Source of the DNA: Flavobacterium sp.
Lineage (GTDB): Bacteria; Bacteroidota; Bacteroidia; Flavobacteriales; Flavobacteriaceae
NCBI GenBank assembly: GCA_044373975.1
Contig: JBILPJ010000001.1
Span: 1 to 55,469 of the forward strand
DNA length: 55,469 nt
Direction of reading: 5' to 3'
A model generated the notes under the pieces. That model had not been told where the DNA came from. It did no database searches and saw only the letters and a program-made list of their open reading frames with translations. Made by a program: the position numbers and the translations under genes. Below, piece after piece: positions 32,088-40,723 of the stretch. The stretch's first letter is position 1, and each line of letters starts with the position of its first letter.

Positions 32088-32230
32088 GATTGAAAATCCG
32101 CGCTAGCCATTGGGGACATATCTGCGGCATCTGGATTAATAGGTTTTATTTGGTTTATAAAACTTAAAATAGCAATTATACATCCAATAAATGTTGATAT
32201 TGTTATTAATAGTTGAATAGTTTTTCTCAT
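32063..32230 (-). CDS. Possible small membrane peptide or gene remnant
   Basis: MRKTIQLLITISTFIGCIIAILSFINQ: ATG after an A-rich leader and one TM/signal-like segment. Confidence 0.35.
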   Translation of the reverse strand: MRKTIQLLITISTFIGCIIAILSFINQIKPINPDAADMSPMASADFQSCPQSKKF

Positions 32231-32332
32231 ACATTTTATGTTTAATATTTTTATTTGTTCCAAGCACACTGCTCGTTTTCACACCTACTCTCTCCAGTTT
32301 TCGGCTTTCCTGTTCATTCTATTTCTTCAAAA

Positions 32333-32750
32333 AACCCCGTTTACCACGTCCTGAACTCCATTTACCACGTTGTACAACCCCGTTTACCACGTCCTGAACC
32401 CCATTTACCACGTTGTATAACCCCATTTACCACGTTCGGAACCCCATTTACCACGTTGTACAACCCCATTTACCACGTTCGGAACCCCGTTTACCACGTT
32501 ATACAACCCCAATTATGGGGTTCAGAACCCCGTTTACCACGTTGTATAAGCCCATTAATGGGGTTCAGAACCCCGTCTATGCACTTCGAGACCCCATTAA
32601 TGCACTTCGAGACCCCGTCTATGGGGTTCAGAACCCCAATTATGCACTTCGAGACCCCAATTATGCACTTCAAGACCCCGTTAATGCACTTCCAGACCCC
32701 ATTAATGGAGTTCGAGACCCCATTAACGCACTTCTGGACGTGGTAAACCC
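32333..32750. repeat. Modular 21/22-bp tandem array (19 units) with a terminal inverted copy
   Basis: Units such as AACCCCATTTACCACGTTCGG, AACCCCAATTATGGGGTTCAG, GACCCCATTAATGCACTTCGA; GACGTGGTAAAC at 32737 is the reverse complement of GTTTACCACGTC. Confidence 0.93.
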
Positions 32751-32755
32751 GCTTA

Positions 32756-33241
32756 TTAGGGCGTTGGAGTATCGGAGCTTGCAGGTCGAGGACCACTATT
32801 GAAAAACTGTGCTATCTCGGCAACCTTAGTCTGAAATCCTACCGCACTCGTTGATGCCTTGTATTTCGCAAAGTCATAATCCGTTAACGACGCTTGGTAG
32901 TTGTCGAAATCATGCAAGATCTTCGCATTTCCTAAGCCATCAATCAGGCTTTGTAGGCGCAACACGGCACTTTGCAAGTATTCGCGGGTGTCAAAATCAT
33001 TGTTGAATTCTACCCAATCCACATCGGGACTACTCAATGCAGGTTGTGTGTCATGAAACCCTTTCACCTTATTGATGATGAGTTTGTTTTGCTCATTGAC
33101 ACTCCCGTATTGCTGGCGTTCTGCCCCAGAGAGGTTTGCTAATTTTGAAGAAACTGCAAGTTCTAAACTCGCTAAAGCTGAATCTACTGCTGCTTTTTCA
33201 ATGACACTAAAGTGTCGGTTGTCGAAATTTGTAAAAGCCAT
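32756..33241 (-). CDS. Hypothetical all-helical protein (161 aa)
   Basis: Clean ATG ORF with natural amphipathic composition (YGSVNEQNKL, SPDVDWVEF, LHDFDNYQ); function unknown. Confidence 0.8.
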   Translation of the reverse strand: MAFTNFDNRHFSVIEKAAVDSALASLELAVSSKLANLSGAERQQYGSVNEQNKLIINKVKGFHDTQPALSSPDVDWVEFNNDFDTREYLQSAVLRLQSLIDGLGNAKILHDFDNYQASLTDYDFAKYKASTSAVGFQTKVAEIAQFFNSGPRPASSDTPTP

Positions 33242-33278
33242 AATTAATTGTATTTAAAGGTTAATATTCTTTTTTATT

Positions 33279-33562
33279 GGACTGAAGTCCATAGCAACTA
33301 TATGTCCCATCCCTACGGGACTCGCACATGTTAGCATCAGACGCTTATCTCTACCAACGGACTAAAGTCCATAGCCACTATATGTCCCATCCCTACGGGA
33401 CTCTCTCACCACTTACCAGAACCAGAGGTTCGACCCATATAGTAACCCAATGCTTTAGCTTTGGGGATAGCCTACGGAGACACCCTACTGACACCATCTC
33501 ACCACGCACTAGAACCAGCGGTTCGACCCCTATAGTAACCCAATGCTTTAGCTTTGGGGATA
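33279..33562. repeat. Cluster of REP-like elements (two pairs)
   Basis: 44-bp GGACT.AAGTCCATAGC.ACTATATGTCCCATCCCTACGGGACT at 33279 and 33359; ~50-bp AGAACCAG.GGTTCGACCC.TATAGTAACCCAATGCTTTAGCTTTGGGG at 33418 and 33511. Confidence 0.85.
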
Positions 33563-33587
33563 CCCAATAATACTATACTGTAAACCC

Positions 33588-36362
33588 TCATCCTTTTGCC
33601 ACACGCACCTTTTTCACTTTCTCGATACTAAACAAGTCGGCGGTATATTTTTCGTAGCGTTCAAATAAAAACTCCATACGGTTGGCTTCGCTCGTAAAGG
33701 CTTGGGGACGATAGGCCAAATCAACGGCTTTGTCTAAATCGTTGTGGGCTTTTACTAATGCGGGGGGCATGGAAGATTGGTCATATAATTCCGCAAGTGA
33801 ATTTGTTGAAAATTCATTTCGAATGTCTAAAATTATTTGAGCTTTTTCTTCAATAAGTTTTATTTGTTTTTCTGTTGAATTTTCAGGGAATGGATAATTA
33901 TTATAACCTAAAGTGTTTGAATATCTAATTCTCCCTTCTAATTTTCCACAAATATTCTGTACCCAAATATTGTGCATCAAAGAAGAAATTATACCGAATT
34001 CAAAAATTGTTGCATTGGGCATAATAAACGATGAATAATTTGCAATAATTTCTTTGGTTAAAAATCCAATTGGAATATATTTTCTTAATTCGGAAGAGAC
34101 AACAGGTATCATTAAATAATCACTTTTTGATTGCCTATCTTCCATAAATAGAGTGGGTGTTCCAGCCCATTTTCTAGTTGCGGCTTTTGGACTAGCTTCT
34201 CTAAATATTCTAACTCCTTCAACTCTTGATTTTATTTCGGTATTGTTTTTTATATCGTTTGGTTTAGCTTCTTTTAACCATAAACAATATCTATTATAAT
34301 TATTTATAAGTTCATCTGAACCAATAAATTTTCTAACTAAATACGATTGTTCAGGATATTTTGTTTTAAAATCAAGTGCTTCTTTATCTGTACTAAAAAT
34401 AAAATTTCCGTTATCAATAGCAGCATTTCCTTTCATCATTGGTGAACGATTGTTTAAAGGTTTTGTTCTCGGAAGAATAAAAATATCTTTTGCTTCTAAT
34501 AAATATGGATTTATGTGGGAAACTATTCTTACTGTTGGATTACTTTTAATATTTTCATATTCAAACAATAGTTTCTTAGAAATATCAAATTTTGCAAAAC
34601 CTATAATTACACAATAAACCGCCGCATTTCCTTTTGCTTCATTACTCCAACCAAATGTTTGATGTGCAAAATGAATATATAATTTTTCAGTGTTTATTAA
34701 TAATTGCCAAAGTGTTGGAACTTGAATTCCTTGGCAAATAGAATTAGTTGAAACAAAAGCAACTATAATATTTGTGTTATGTATGTATTTTGAAGCTTTA
34801 TAATACCAACAAGACACATAATCCAAAACTCCACTATTTATTTTTTCTTTAAATACGGAATTCGTATCCTCTTTTTGCTCTTTAGTTTGGTTCCTTGAAC
34901 CATAAAACGGTGGATTTCCAATAATAAAAGAAAGCTCCTCTTTAGAAATTACTTCCTCCCAATCAACTTGCAATGCGTTTCCATGCACAATCTTTGCTGA
35001 TTTTTTTAATGGCAAACGCACAAAATACTGTCCAAATTCATTGCTAATTTGCATGTTCATTTGGTGGTCAATCAGCCACATGGCTACTTCGGCAATTCGG
35101 GCAGGAAATTCTTCATATTCTATGCCGCACATCATGTCCACGTCTAGCAACATAATTTCTCGAACGTCCATTATATGTTGTCCGCTTTTGTAAATGGCTC
35201 TTAAAATTGCCAATTCTAACAAGCGTAATTCACGGTAAGTAATCACTAAAAAGTTACCACAACCGCAAGCTGGATCCAGAAATTTAAGCGTGCTAAGTTT
35301 TCTATGAAATTCGGGAAGTTTGTTTTTATTGTTCTTAATACTTTCAAAGGTTTCCCAAAGTTCGTCTAAGAATAGCGGTTTTATGAGTTTTAGAATGTTG
35401 GTTTCGCTGGTGTAATGTGCACCTAAATTGCGGCGTTCCTTCGGGTTCATCACACTTTGAAACATCGAACCAAATATGGCTGGCGAAATTTTGCTCCAAT
35501 CAATATAGCAACAGTCCAGCAAGGCTTGGCGCATTTTGGTATCGAAACTTGCCGAGGGTAATATTTCTTCAAATAGTTTTCCGTTCACATAAGGAAAGTC
35601 TGCCAGTTGCTCGTCCAGATTCTTAAATCGGTTGGCTGCTGCAGTATTCAACACCTGAAAAAGTTCTTGCAGTTTCGAAGCCAAGTCGCTCCCATCGCTT
35701 GAAGTTCTTTGTTCAATGTAATCCTGAAATTGTTGCTTGTTGAAAATGGTGGTGTCTTCGGCAAATAATAAAAACAGTATCCGTACCAAATATACTTCCA
35801 ACGGATGCCCAACGTAACCAATTTCTTCCAGCCTGTCGTGCAATTTTCCCATAAGCTCGGCAGCCTTAATGTTGGCAGGATCTTGAGCAGCATATACCTT
35901 TTTTTGATAGCCCAAAATACTCCCAAAATGCTGCACGTTGTTCACGAGTTCGGCAAGTTTAAATTCAATGAAACCCTCATTAGAATCGGAAGTATTGCCA
36001 CTTTCGAGGTCGTAAAGACGGAAGATTTCAAAGTCAGAAATAAGGATGTATTTCGGCAATTCGTGTTCTTTCAGTCCGTGGGTGTAATCAATGGCTTGTT
36101 GATAGGCTTTGTCTAAGTTTTTACCCCGGCTTTTCATTTCTATCAAAATGGTACCTTTCCAGAGCAAATCGATGTAGCCGTTTTTGTCGTCTAATTTTTT
36201 CACGCGGTGTTCAAATGTGGAAACCCGCTTGCTGCTTATGCCAAACACATTGAAGAACTCTACTAAAAAGGGTTTTGCATCGGCTTCTTCATTTGATGTG
36301 TCTGCCCATTCTTTTGAAAAACTAAAGGCTCGGTCTTTTATTTCGTTCCAGCTTAATGCCAT
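33588..36362 (-). CDS. MmeI-like type IIL restriction-modification enzyme (nuclease, N6-adenine MTase and TRD fused)
   Basis: N-terminal YIDLLWKG..LIEMKS nuclease motif, GAHYTS, FLDPACGCGNF, IIGNPPF, C-terminal LAELYD..MPPALVKAH..LDKAVD. Confidence 0.9.
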   Translation of the reverse strand: MALSWNEIKDRAFSFSKEWADTSNEEADAKPFLVEFFNVFGISSKRVSTFEHRVKKLDDKNGYIDLLWKGTILIEMKSRGKNLDKAYQQAIDYTHGLKEHELPKYILISDFEIFRLYDLESGNTSDSNEGFIEFKLAELVNNVQHFGSILGYQKKVYAAQDPANIKAAELMGKLHDRLEEIGYVGHPLEVYLVRILFLLFAEDTTIFNKQQFQDYIEQRTSSDGSDLASKLQELFQVLNTAAANRFKNLDEQLADFPYVNGKLFEEILPSASFDTKMRQALLDCCYIDWSKISPAIFGSMFQSVMNPKERRNLGAHYTSETNILKLIKPLFLDELWETFESIKNNKNKLPEFHRKLSTLKFLDPACGCGNFLVITYRELRLLELAILRAIYKSGQHIMDVREIMLLDVDMMCGIEYEEFPARIAEVAMWLIDHQMNMQISNEFGQYFVRLPLKKSAKIVHGNALQVDWEEVISKEELSFIIGNPPFYGSRNQTKEQKEDTNSVFKEKINSGVLDYVSCWYYKASKYIHNTNIIVAFVSTNSICQGIQVPTLWQLLINTEKLYIHFAHQTFGWSNEAKGNAAVYCVIIGFAKFDISKKLLFEYENIKSNPTVRIVSHINPYLLEAKDIFILPRTKPLNNRSPMMKGNAAIDNGNFIFSTDKEALDFKTKYPEQSYLVRKFIGSDELINNYNRYCLWLKEAKPNDIKNNTEIKSRVEGVRIFREASPKAATRKWAGTPTLFMEDRQSKSDYLMIPVVSSELRKYIPIGFLTKEIIANYSSFIMPNATIFEFGIISSLMHNIWVQNICGKLEGRIRYSNTLGYNNYPFPENSTEKQIKLIEEKAQIILDIRNEFSTNSLAELYDQSSMPPALVKAHNDLDKAVDLAYRPQAFTSEANRMEFLFERYEKYTADLFSIEKVKKVRVAKG

Positions 36363-36424
36363 TTTTTTTGTTTGTAGGTTTGTAATTCATTGTTTCGAGG
36401 GATTTATTGTTTAGTTAATCTGAA

Positions 36425-36751
36425 TTATTTTTTGTTTGTTGAATACGATTGGTAAGTTCTTATGAATTGAAAATCGGGAGTTTTAACTTCAATCTTTTTG
36501 CCAATGAGAGTTTCGGCAATTGAAGCCATAGAACAATTTCGTCCCAAAGTATTCAAAGAATAATTAGGGTCGTAAGATGCTTTTGTAATAAAATCTTGGG
36601 TACGCTTTTTAGAAAATCTTTTGGATTCGTTCTCGTAAATTGAGATTGAAATTGGATTCACTTTGAAGCTTTCGAGTTGTTTTCGAATTGCTTTGATTTT
36701 CAAAAAAGCTTTGTTGGGCTTTTTTAGAGTTTCGAGAATATGTAGAACCAT
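36425..36751 (-). CDS. Hypothetical basic protein (108 aa)
   Basis: ATG ORF co-oriented with the R-M gene; TAGATTTG promoter-like element at 36834-36841 (- strand). Confidence 0.5.
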   Translation of the reverse strand: MVLHILETLKKPNKAFLKIKAIRKQLESFKVNPISISIYENESKRFSKKRTQDFITKASYDPNYSLNTLGRNCSMASIAETLIGKKIEVKTPDFQFIRTYQSYSTNKK

Positions 36752-36967
36752 TGATCAGCATAGAATAAATTTGAGGGAGATTAATAAATAAGTGTTGTTA
36801 CTAAGTAAAAATTTTGTGCTCGTAATACTTTTCCAAATCTATGCTAAATAAGTGCTACTATTACAAAAAGTGTAAAATATATTAGCGAAAATGTTTAATC
36901 GGCTATTTGGGGATTAGTCCAATGAAAAGGTAACAATTCAATAAATCATCCAGTATAAAACAAGTTA

Positions 36968-37150
36968 TAGACTCAAAACTTATAATTATAGTGTTTGAGT
37001 ATCTAATTATAGTGTTTGAGTTTCTAATTATAGTGTTTGAGTATCTAATTATACTCTTTTAGTATCTAATTATAGTGTTTTAGTGTCTAATTATACTCTT
37101 TTAGTATCTAATTATAGTGTTTGAGTATCTAATTATAGAGTTTGAATATA
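36968..37150. repeat. 21-bp tandem array (8 units) with one inverted unit at the left end
   Basis: TAATTATAGTGTTTGAGTATC consensus at 36983, 37004, 37025, 37046, 37067, 37088, 37109, 37130. Confidence 0.93.
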
Positions 37151-37287
37151 AAACAGTGCGCTAAAAATTTTAACCCGCTTGGTAATATAATGATGCGTTT
37201 TTTTGATGTTCAGTGCCTAAATCGTACGAAAGCTAAAAACAAAAAACCCTAAGAACTTAATTAATAAGCGATTAGGATTTTTATCAG

Positions 37288-37372
37288 CAGAGAGAAAGGG
37301 ATTCGAACCCTCGATATGTTGCCATATACACGCTTTCCAAGCGTGCGCCTTCAGCCACTCGGCCACCTCTCT
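37288..37372 (-). tRNA. tRNA-Ser(GGA)
   Basis: AGAGAGGTGGCCGAGTGG...CACGC-TTGGAAA-GCGTG, long variable arm, GGTTCGAATCCC, G discriminator. Confidence 0.96.
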
Positions 37373-37429
37373 ATTTGGGTTTGCAAATAACTAAAAAAAA
37401 TGTCGGTTATGAAAGTTAAAACTTAGATT

Positions 37430-38458
37430 TTATGATAATTCTCCTCGAATTGATGTTTCAAATATAGTTTTAAAAACATTAGGTGCTACATTTTGCCCGA
37501 GCATGTACATTAACTTCGTAATTGCCGCTTCAGTGGTGATGTCTTTTCCTGAAATTATTCCAATTTTCTTGAGCAGTGTGCTTGTTTCATAATGTCCCAT
37601 ACTCACGCTTCCACCCGAACATTGGGTAACATTTATAATATGCAATCCACTTTTAATGGCTTTTCTTAGTAGCGAAATAAACCATTCATCCGTTGGTGCA
37701 TTTCCTGAACCGTATGTTTCCAAAACAATTCCTTTGAGATTTGGAATATTGAAAATGGCAGCCAAAACCGTTTCGTTGATTCCTGGAAACATTTTAATTA
37801 CCGCTACATTATTGTCTAAATCAGTATTTATTATTAGTTTTTTAGTCCTTGATTTAGGTAATAAAAAGGGCGTATTTATTTTCAAATGCACGCCAGATTC
37901 TGCCAATTCAGGATAATTTGGTGATGTAAAAGCATTGAAATGTTCCGCATTTATTTTTGTAGTTCTGTTGCCACGGTATAATTTATATTCAAAATAAAGT
38001 CCAACTTCATAAATTACGGATTTGTTTTTAGATTGTAAAGATGCAATTTGAATCGCCGTAATAAGATTTTCTTTGGCATCTGTTCTCAAATCTCCAATTG
38101 GCAATTGCGATCCTGTAAAAATCACAGGTTTATTTAGGTTTTCAAGCATAAAACTCAATGCTGAAGCAGAATATGACATCGTATCCGAACCATGCAAAAC
38201 TACAAATCCATCAAAAGAAGGATAATTTTCTTCAATTATTTTGGCAATTTTAACCCAATGAATCGAATTCATATTGGATGAATCCATAGGTTTTTCAAAT
38301 GAAATAGTTTCTATCTCACAATCTAACTGTTTTAACTCTGGGATTTTATTTAATAATTTACTGAAATTGAATGCCTTCAAAGCACCTGTTTCAAAATCTT
38401 TCATCATACCGATAGTTCCACCAGTATAAATCAAAAGTATTTTGGCTTTAGATTGCAT
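37430..38458 (-). CDS. ansA: L-asparaginase type I
   Basis: IYTGGTIGM, DSSNM, HGSDTMSY, TGSQLP, YGSGNAP motifs. Confidence 0.93.
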   Translation of the reverse strand: MQSKAKILLIYTGGTIGMMKDFETGALKAFNFSKLLNKIPELKQLDCEIETISFEKPMDSSNMNSIHWVKIAKIIEENYPSFDGFVVLHGSDTMSYSASALSFMLENLNKPVIFTGSQLPIGDLRTDAKENLITAIQIASLQSKNKSVIYEVGLYFEYKLYRGNRTTKINAEHFNAFTSPNYPELAESGVHLKINTPFLLPKSRTKKLIINTDLDNNVAVIKMFPGINETVLAAIFNIPNLKGIVLETYGSGNAPTDEWFISLLRKAIKSGLHIINVTQCSGGSVSMGHYETSTLLKKIGIISGKDITTEAAITKLMYMLGQNVAPNVFKTIFETSIRGELS

Positions 38459-39584
38459 CGGAAAATTTCATTTTGTTAACCACTGGATTAGCATACATTG
38501 CCAAGAAACTTTGTAATTCAATTGGATTTGAATTGTCAATTCGCATCTCTAGTCTGCGTTCAAAAAGTGATTTTTCACTTTCTGAATACAAATGAGAATG
38601 TTCGTTAGTTTTATTTAAAATGTCATACGCAATGTAATTAGTTGGCCACAATCTATAACTTTTCAAAATCGATTCGTCAATGGTTTGTGCCAGTGCTTGT
38701 ATTTGTTTGTTTGAATTGCCAAATTCAGCAGCGATACTATCTAATTCGGTGTCAAGGACTTTTCCAACGTGAATATGAATGTGTTTTTTTTGACCCATAA
38801 TACCACTCAACAAAGTCATGAAATCTTCGTTTTTATATTTAACGTAAACTTCGTTGTTCGCTTCGGCCATCAATTGCGGCATTTTTAAAGCATCGGTTGG
38901 ATCATATTCATAAGAAATAGAAACAGGAACAATTTTGATTTTCTTAAAATAATTCGTAAGATTTTCTTCGTCAGAACCCATCGCAAGCATTTTTAAAACC
39001 CCAGGATGTGTCGCATCGTTTCCGTCTTTTGTTCGTCCTTCTCGCTGTGCAATCCAAACAGAACGATTTTCTCGCAACAACAATTGACCTATGTATTCAG
39101 CCAATAACTTAGAACTTTGCAATAATTCTCGAGGCGATAACCCTCTTTGAACCAGAAAATTTCTGTTCATTTTTGCCAGCGTATTCATGAAAGACTTTTT
39201 TACTAAATTGTCGCCAATTGCGGAAGAAGTCATCACTAAACCGTTATCAAACAAACATGCATTTAGTAGCGAAGTGTCTAATATAATGTCCCGGTGATTG
39301 GAAATAAATAAATAGGAAGTATTCTTATCTAATGCTTCAAAACCTGAAGTTGTTAGTCCTTCAGAACTTTTTTCCAACACTTTTTTTAGAGAATGATAAA
39401 TAAAATTACATTGAAAATCCCGAATAGAATGTGTTTTTCTGAGTTGCTCCTTCCAAACAGCATCGTCAACTTCTGGAAAAGTAAAATCCATTAATGCCTT
39501 CATCATCGGATGGTTCACGGTGTCTTGAATAGCTTCATTTATTTCAGCATCATAAAAGGGTCGTATGGAATCAAATTTTGACAT
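38448..39584 (-). CDS. Glycerolipid acyltransferase family protein
   Basis: SNHRDIILD (HxxxxD) and WIAQREGRTKDG motifs. Confidence 0.88.
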   Translation of the reverse strand: MSKFDSIRPFYDAEINEAIQDTVNHPMMKALMDFTFPEVDDAVWKEQLRKTHSIRDFQCNFIYHSLKKVLEKSSEGLTTSGFEALDKNTSYLFISNHRDIILDTSLLNACLFDNGLVMTSSAIGDNLVKKSFMNTLAKMNRNFLVQRGLSPRELLQSSKLLAEYIGQLLLRENRSVWIAQREGRTKDGNDATHPGVLKMLAMGSDEENLTNYFKKIKIVPVSISYEYDPTDALKMPQLMAEANNEVYVKYKNEDFMTLLSGIMGQKKHIHIHVGKVLDTELDSIAAEFGNSNKQIQALAQTIDESILKSYRLWPTNYIAYDILNKTNEHSHLYSESEKSLFERRLEMRIDNSNPIELQSFLAMYANPVVNKMKFSDAI

Positions 39585-39644
39585 TTAGTTTTATTTTATA
39601 CACAAAAGAACGAATTATTTATCGATTTTATCCTTTTTATGTGG

Positions 39645-40412
39645 TTAAATCCCAAAAACAGTTTTAGAATTTTTGGTCGTTTGCTCTACTATTTCCTCTA
39701 AAGTTAACCCATAAAGCACCGATAATTTATCGGCAACATTCACAATATAACTGCTTTCATTTCTTTTTCCTCGAAATGGAATTGGCGCCAAATACGGCGA
39801 ATCAGTTTCCAAAACGATATTTTTCAAGTCGATTTGATTGATAAATTGGTCAATTTTTCCGTTTTTGAATGTAACAACCCCTCCTATTCCGAGTTTCATA
39901 TTATAAGAAATTGCTCGTAAAGCTTGCTCATAAGTTCCCGAAAAACAATGAAAAATTCCAAATAAATCCTCTGATTTTTCTTCTTCTAAGATTTCAAATA
40001 TTTCATCAAAAGCATCACGACAGTGAATGACTATTGGTAATTTATACTGTTTTGCCAATTGGATTTGTCTTCTAAAAGCAATTTGCTGTTCCTTGAGATG
40101 GGTTTTATCCCAATACAAATCAATTCCGATTTCGCCAATAGCTACAAATTTTCTTGAAGCCAATTCCCTTTCCACAATTTGCAATTCTTCAAGATAATTT
40201 TCCTTTACGTACGTCGGGTGCAAACCCATCATCAAAAACACATTTTCGGGATAATTGGCTTCCAAAGCATACATTTTTTGAATACACGAAGAATCAATTG
40301 CGGGAATAAAAAAACGGGTTACGCCAGCATTAATGGCACGTTGAATCATTTCATCACGGTCAATGTCGAATTCCTCTGAATATAAATGGGTGTGCGTATC
40401 GGTGATTATCAT
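39645..40412 (-). CDS. tatD: TatD family hydrolase/DNase
   Basis: DTHTH, GLHP, IGEIGID, IHCR, FHCF, LETDSPYLAP; promoter TAACTTTG at 40432-40439 (- strand). Confidence 0.93.
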   Translation of the reverse strand: MIITDTHTHLYSEEFDIDRDEMIQRAINAGVTRFFIPAIDSSCIQKMYALEANYPENVFLMMGLHPTYVKENYLEELQIVERELASRKFVAIGEIGIDLYWDKTHLKEQQIAFRRQIQLAKQYKLPIVIHCRDAFDEIFEILEEEKSEDLFGIFHCFSGTYEQALRAISYNMKLGIGGVVTFKNGKIDQFINQIDLKNIVLETDSPYLAPIPFRGKRNESSYIVNVADKLSVLYGLTLEEIVEQTTKNSKTVFGI

Positions 40413-40513
40413 CTTACTAAATTGTATGTTGCAAAGTTAACATTTTGATTCGTTTGATGTCTATTTGCAACCGAAAATTCCCGTTTAGTATCATCTAAGC
40501 GGGATTTTTTTCT

Positions 40514-40627
40514 TTTGAAGCTCACGTTTATTTTCTCTTTCACTATCCTTCCTGCCATTCGCTGTATCCACGCCCAAAAGCGTGGGATGCCGCTGCTGCC
40601 TGCCTGCCGGCAGGCAGGTCAGGGCTA
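40514..40627 (+). ncRNA. Structured dispersed element, copy C, carrying a nested 20-bp palindrome
   Basis: CCTGCCATTCGCTGTATCCACGC..GCGTGGGATGCCGCTG..TCAGGGCTA. Confidence 0.45.
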
Positions 40628-40723
40628 AAATTTCACGTTTATATTTCCATAAGAACTTTCTCAATGAAAGTGCTGCTTGAAAGGATTTGCGGTGGAATTG
40701 GGGATTTACCTTCACTTTTTAAA

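Noticed and set aside
32255-32802. Overlapping ORFs 32255-32746, 32413-32802 (+) and 32491-32796 (-) with heptad repeats
   Set aside because: They are open frames produced by the 21/22-bp array; the 22-bp units shift the peptide pattern between frames, which argues against coding selection.
33328-33570. 80-aa ORF with an internal duplication
   Set aside because: Translation of the REP-like repeat cluster.
29870-37372. Classical integrative element or prophage at tRNA-Ser
   Set aside because: No integrase or phage genes, and no duplicated tRNA 3' end found by eye.
40491-40715. 74-aa minus-strand ORF
   Set aside because: Runs through structured element copy C and the nested palindrome; likely spurious.
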